A DNA stretch of 32,279 nt from positions 1 to 32,279 of the forward strand of contig JAITKG010000001.1 in NCBI GenBank assembly GCA_031278495.1, given 5' to 3'. Below the pieces are notes generated by a model. That model ran no database searches. It was not told the DNA's origin and saw nothing but the letters and a program-made list of their open reading frames with translations. The stretch is from Prevotellaceae bacterium. GTDB taxonomy: Bacteria > Bacteroidota > Bacteroidia > Bacteroidales > UBA932. Numbering within the stretch: position 1 is the stretch's first letter; the number at the start of each line of letters is the position of its first letter. The translations under genes were made by a program, and so were the position numbers. This document shows positions 31,526 through 32,279 of this stretch, piece after piece.

Positions 31526-32279
31526 TTATTCATTTTTTATAGCGGCTATCATCAGCGGGAAAGCGGGGGCGGTCATGTTGTGCCCGTACCCGTCGAATTC
31601 GTACAGGGTTGCCTGTTGGCTGCCGGCGAGCCGCAGCATCCGCCAGAGGTAGGCGTTTTCTTCGTAGCGACCGAGCATTTCCAGTTCGCGGTCGCCGGTC
31701 ATCAGGTAGATGGGCGGCGTGTCGGGGCGCACGTGGTAGAGGAGCGCATATTCGTCCACTACCGGTTGTTTGTCGGGGATATTCCTTTCGCTGCGGATGG
31801 TGTAATGGGTGATGGTTTGCGCGCTCAGGAGGAAGAGCGCGGCTATCCGGTTGGCGTCAATGCGGTGGGCTTGCAGCCAGCGTTTGTCCAGCCCGAGCAT
31901 CCCCGACAGGTAAGCGCCTGCCGAATGTCCGGAAAGCACAATAGCGTTGGGGTTGCCGCCATATTCCGCAATGTGGTTGAAGACCCATGCCACCGCCGCC
32001 GCCGCATCTTCGATGTAGGCGGGACAGGTAACCTGCGGGTGCAGCCGGTAGTTCACCGCCACCACGCCAAAGCCCTGTTCTTTCAACGCTGCGGGAATAT
32101 GTTTTTCGCCGCCGGTAAGCCCGCCGCCATGAAACCATACCACCGTCAGGAAGTCCTTTACATCGTTGGGATAATAAATATCCAGCACGCACCGTTGGGC
32201 AATGTAGGGGTCGGTTGCCCGCACTTCTTCCGGATAGTAAGGAATATCAGAAACGGCGGAATAAGCCGGCTCCTGCCCG
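31526..32279 (-). CDS. Alpha/beta-hydrolase fold esterase/lipase (partial; 5' end lies beyond the window)
   Basis: Oxyanion motif VVWFHGGGLTGG and nucleophile elbow GHSAGA. The ORF-track start at 32224 is a GTG, and the frame stays open to nt 32279 (..GQEPAYSAVSDIPYYPEE). The TAA at 31526-31528 is 14 nt upstream of the bglX ATG. Confidence 0.8.
   Translation of the reverse strand, partial: GQEPAYSAVSDIPYYPEEVRATDPYIAQRCVLDIYYPNDVKDFLTVVWFHGGGLTGGEKHIPAALKEQGFGVVAVNYRLHPQVTCPAYIEDAAAAVAWVFNHIAEYGGNPNAIVLSGHSAGAYLSGMLGLDKRWLQAHRIDANRIAALFLLSAQTITHYTIRSERNIPDKQPVVDEYALLYHVRPDTPPIYLMTGDRELEMLGRYEENAYLWRMLRLAGSQQATLYEFDGYGHNMTAPAFPLMIAAIKNE

Overview
This is a chromosomal segment that looks like it comes from a Bacteroidota bacterium. 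The evidence is a complete porP-gldK-gldL-gldM-gldN type IX secretion/gliding operon, TAnnTTTG-type -7 promoter boxes 15-40 nt upstream of most first genes, and no Shine-Dalgarno sequences. Gene content in order: tRNA-Ala; a secreted GH9 glycosidase fused to a polysaccharide deacetylase; a partial arginine cluster (GNAT-argG-argC); an NhaC antiporter; a MIO-type ammonia-lyase coupled to an unknown secreted protein; a Cys-Ntn hydrolase; proC; an AT-rich ~1.1 kb islet with a Panacea(DUF4065)-like gene translationally coupled to an unassignable 139-aa gene; a TPR-PD40-OmpA lipoprotein; radC; a DUF2723-type membrane glycosyltransferase followed by a lone sufC; blaI-blaR1(M56) with two TonB C-terminal domains; the T9SS operon; a GH3 beta-glucosidase; and a partial esterase. 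The AT-rich islet is my best candidate for an undescribed toxin-antitoxin or defence pair. The non-genic signals are at least as interesting. Two inverted copies of a tripartite element, built from 7-8 nt word repeats and GC-rich palindromic linkers, lie 13 kb apart. Sense-oriented AATTAGG/AATTAAG heptamers sit at or over gene 3' ends. A perfect 38-bp palindrome lies in front of blaI. gldL carries a recent in-frame 96-nt tandem repeat. The tandem TonB-domain duplication in blaR1 runs past its stop codon. All calls come from reading the sequence and motif recall; no database search was possible.
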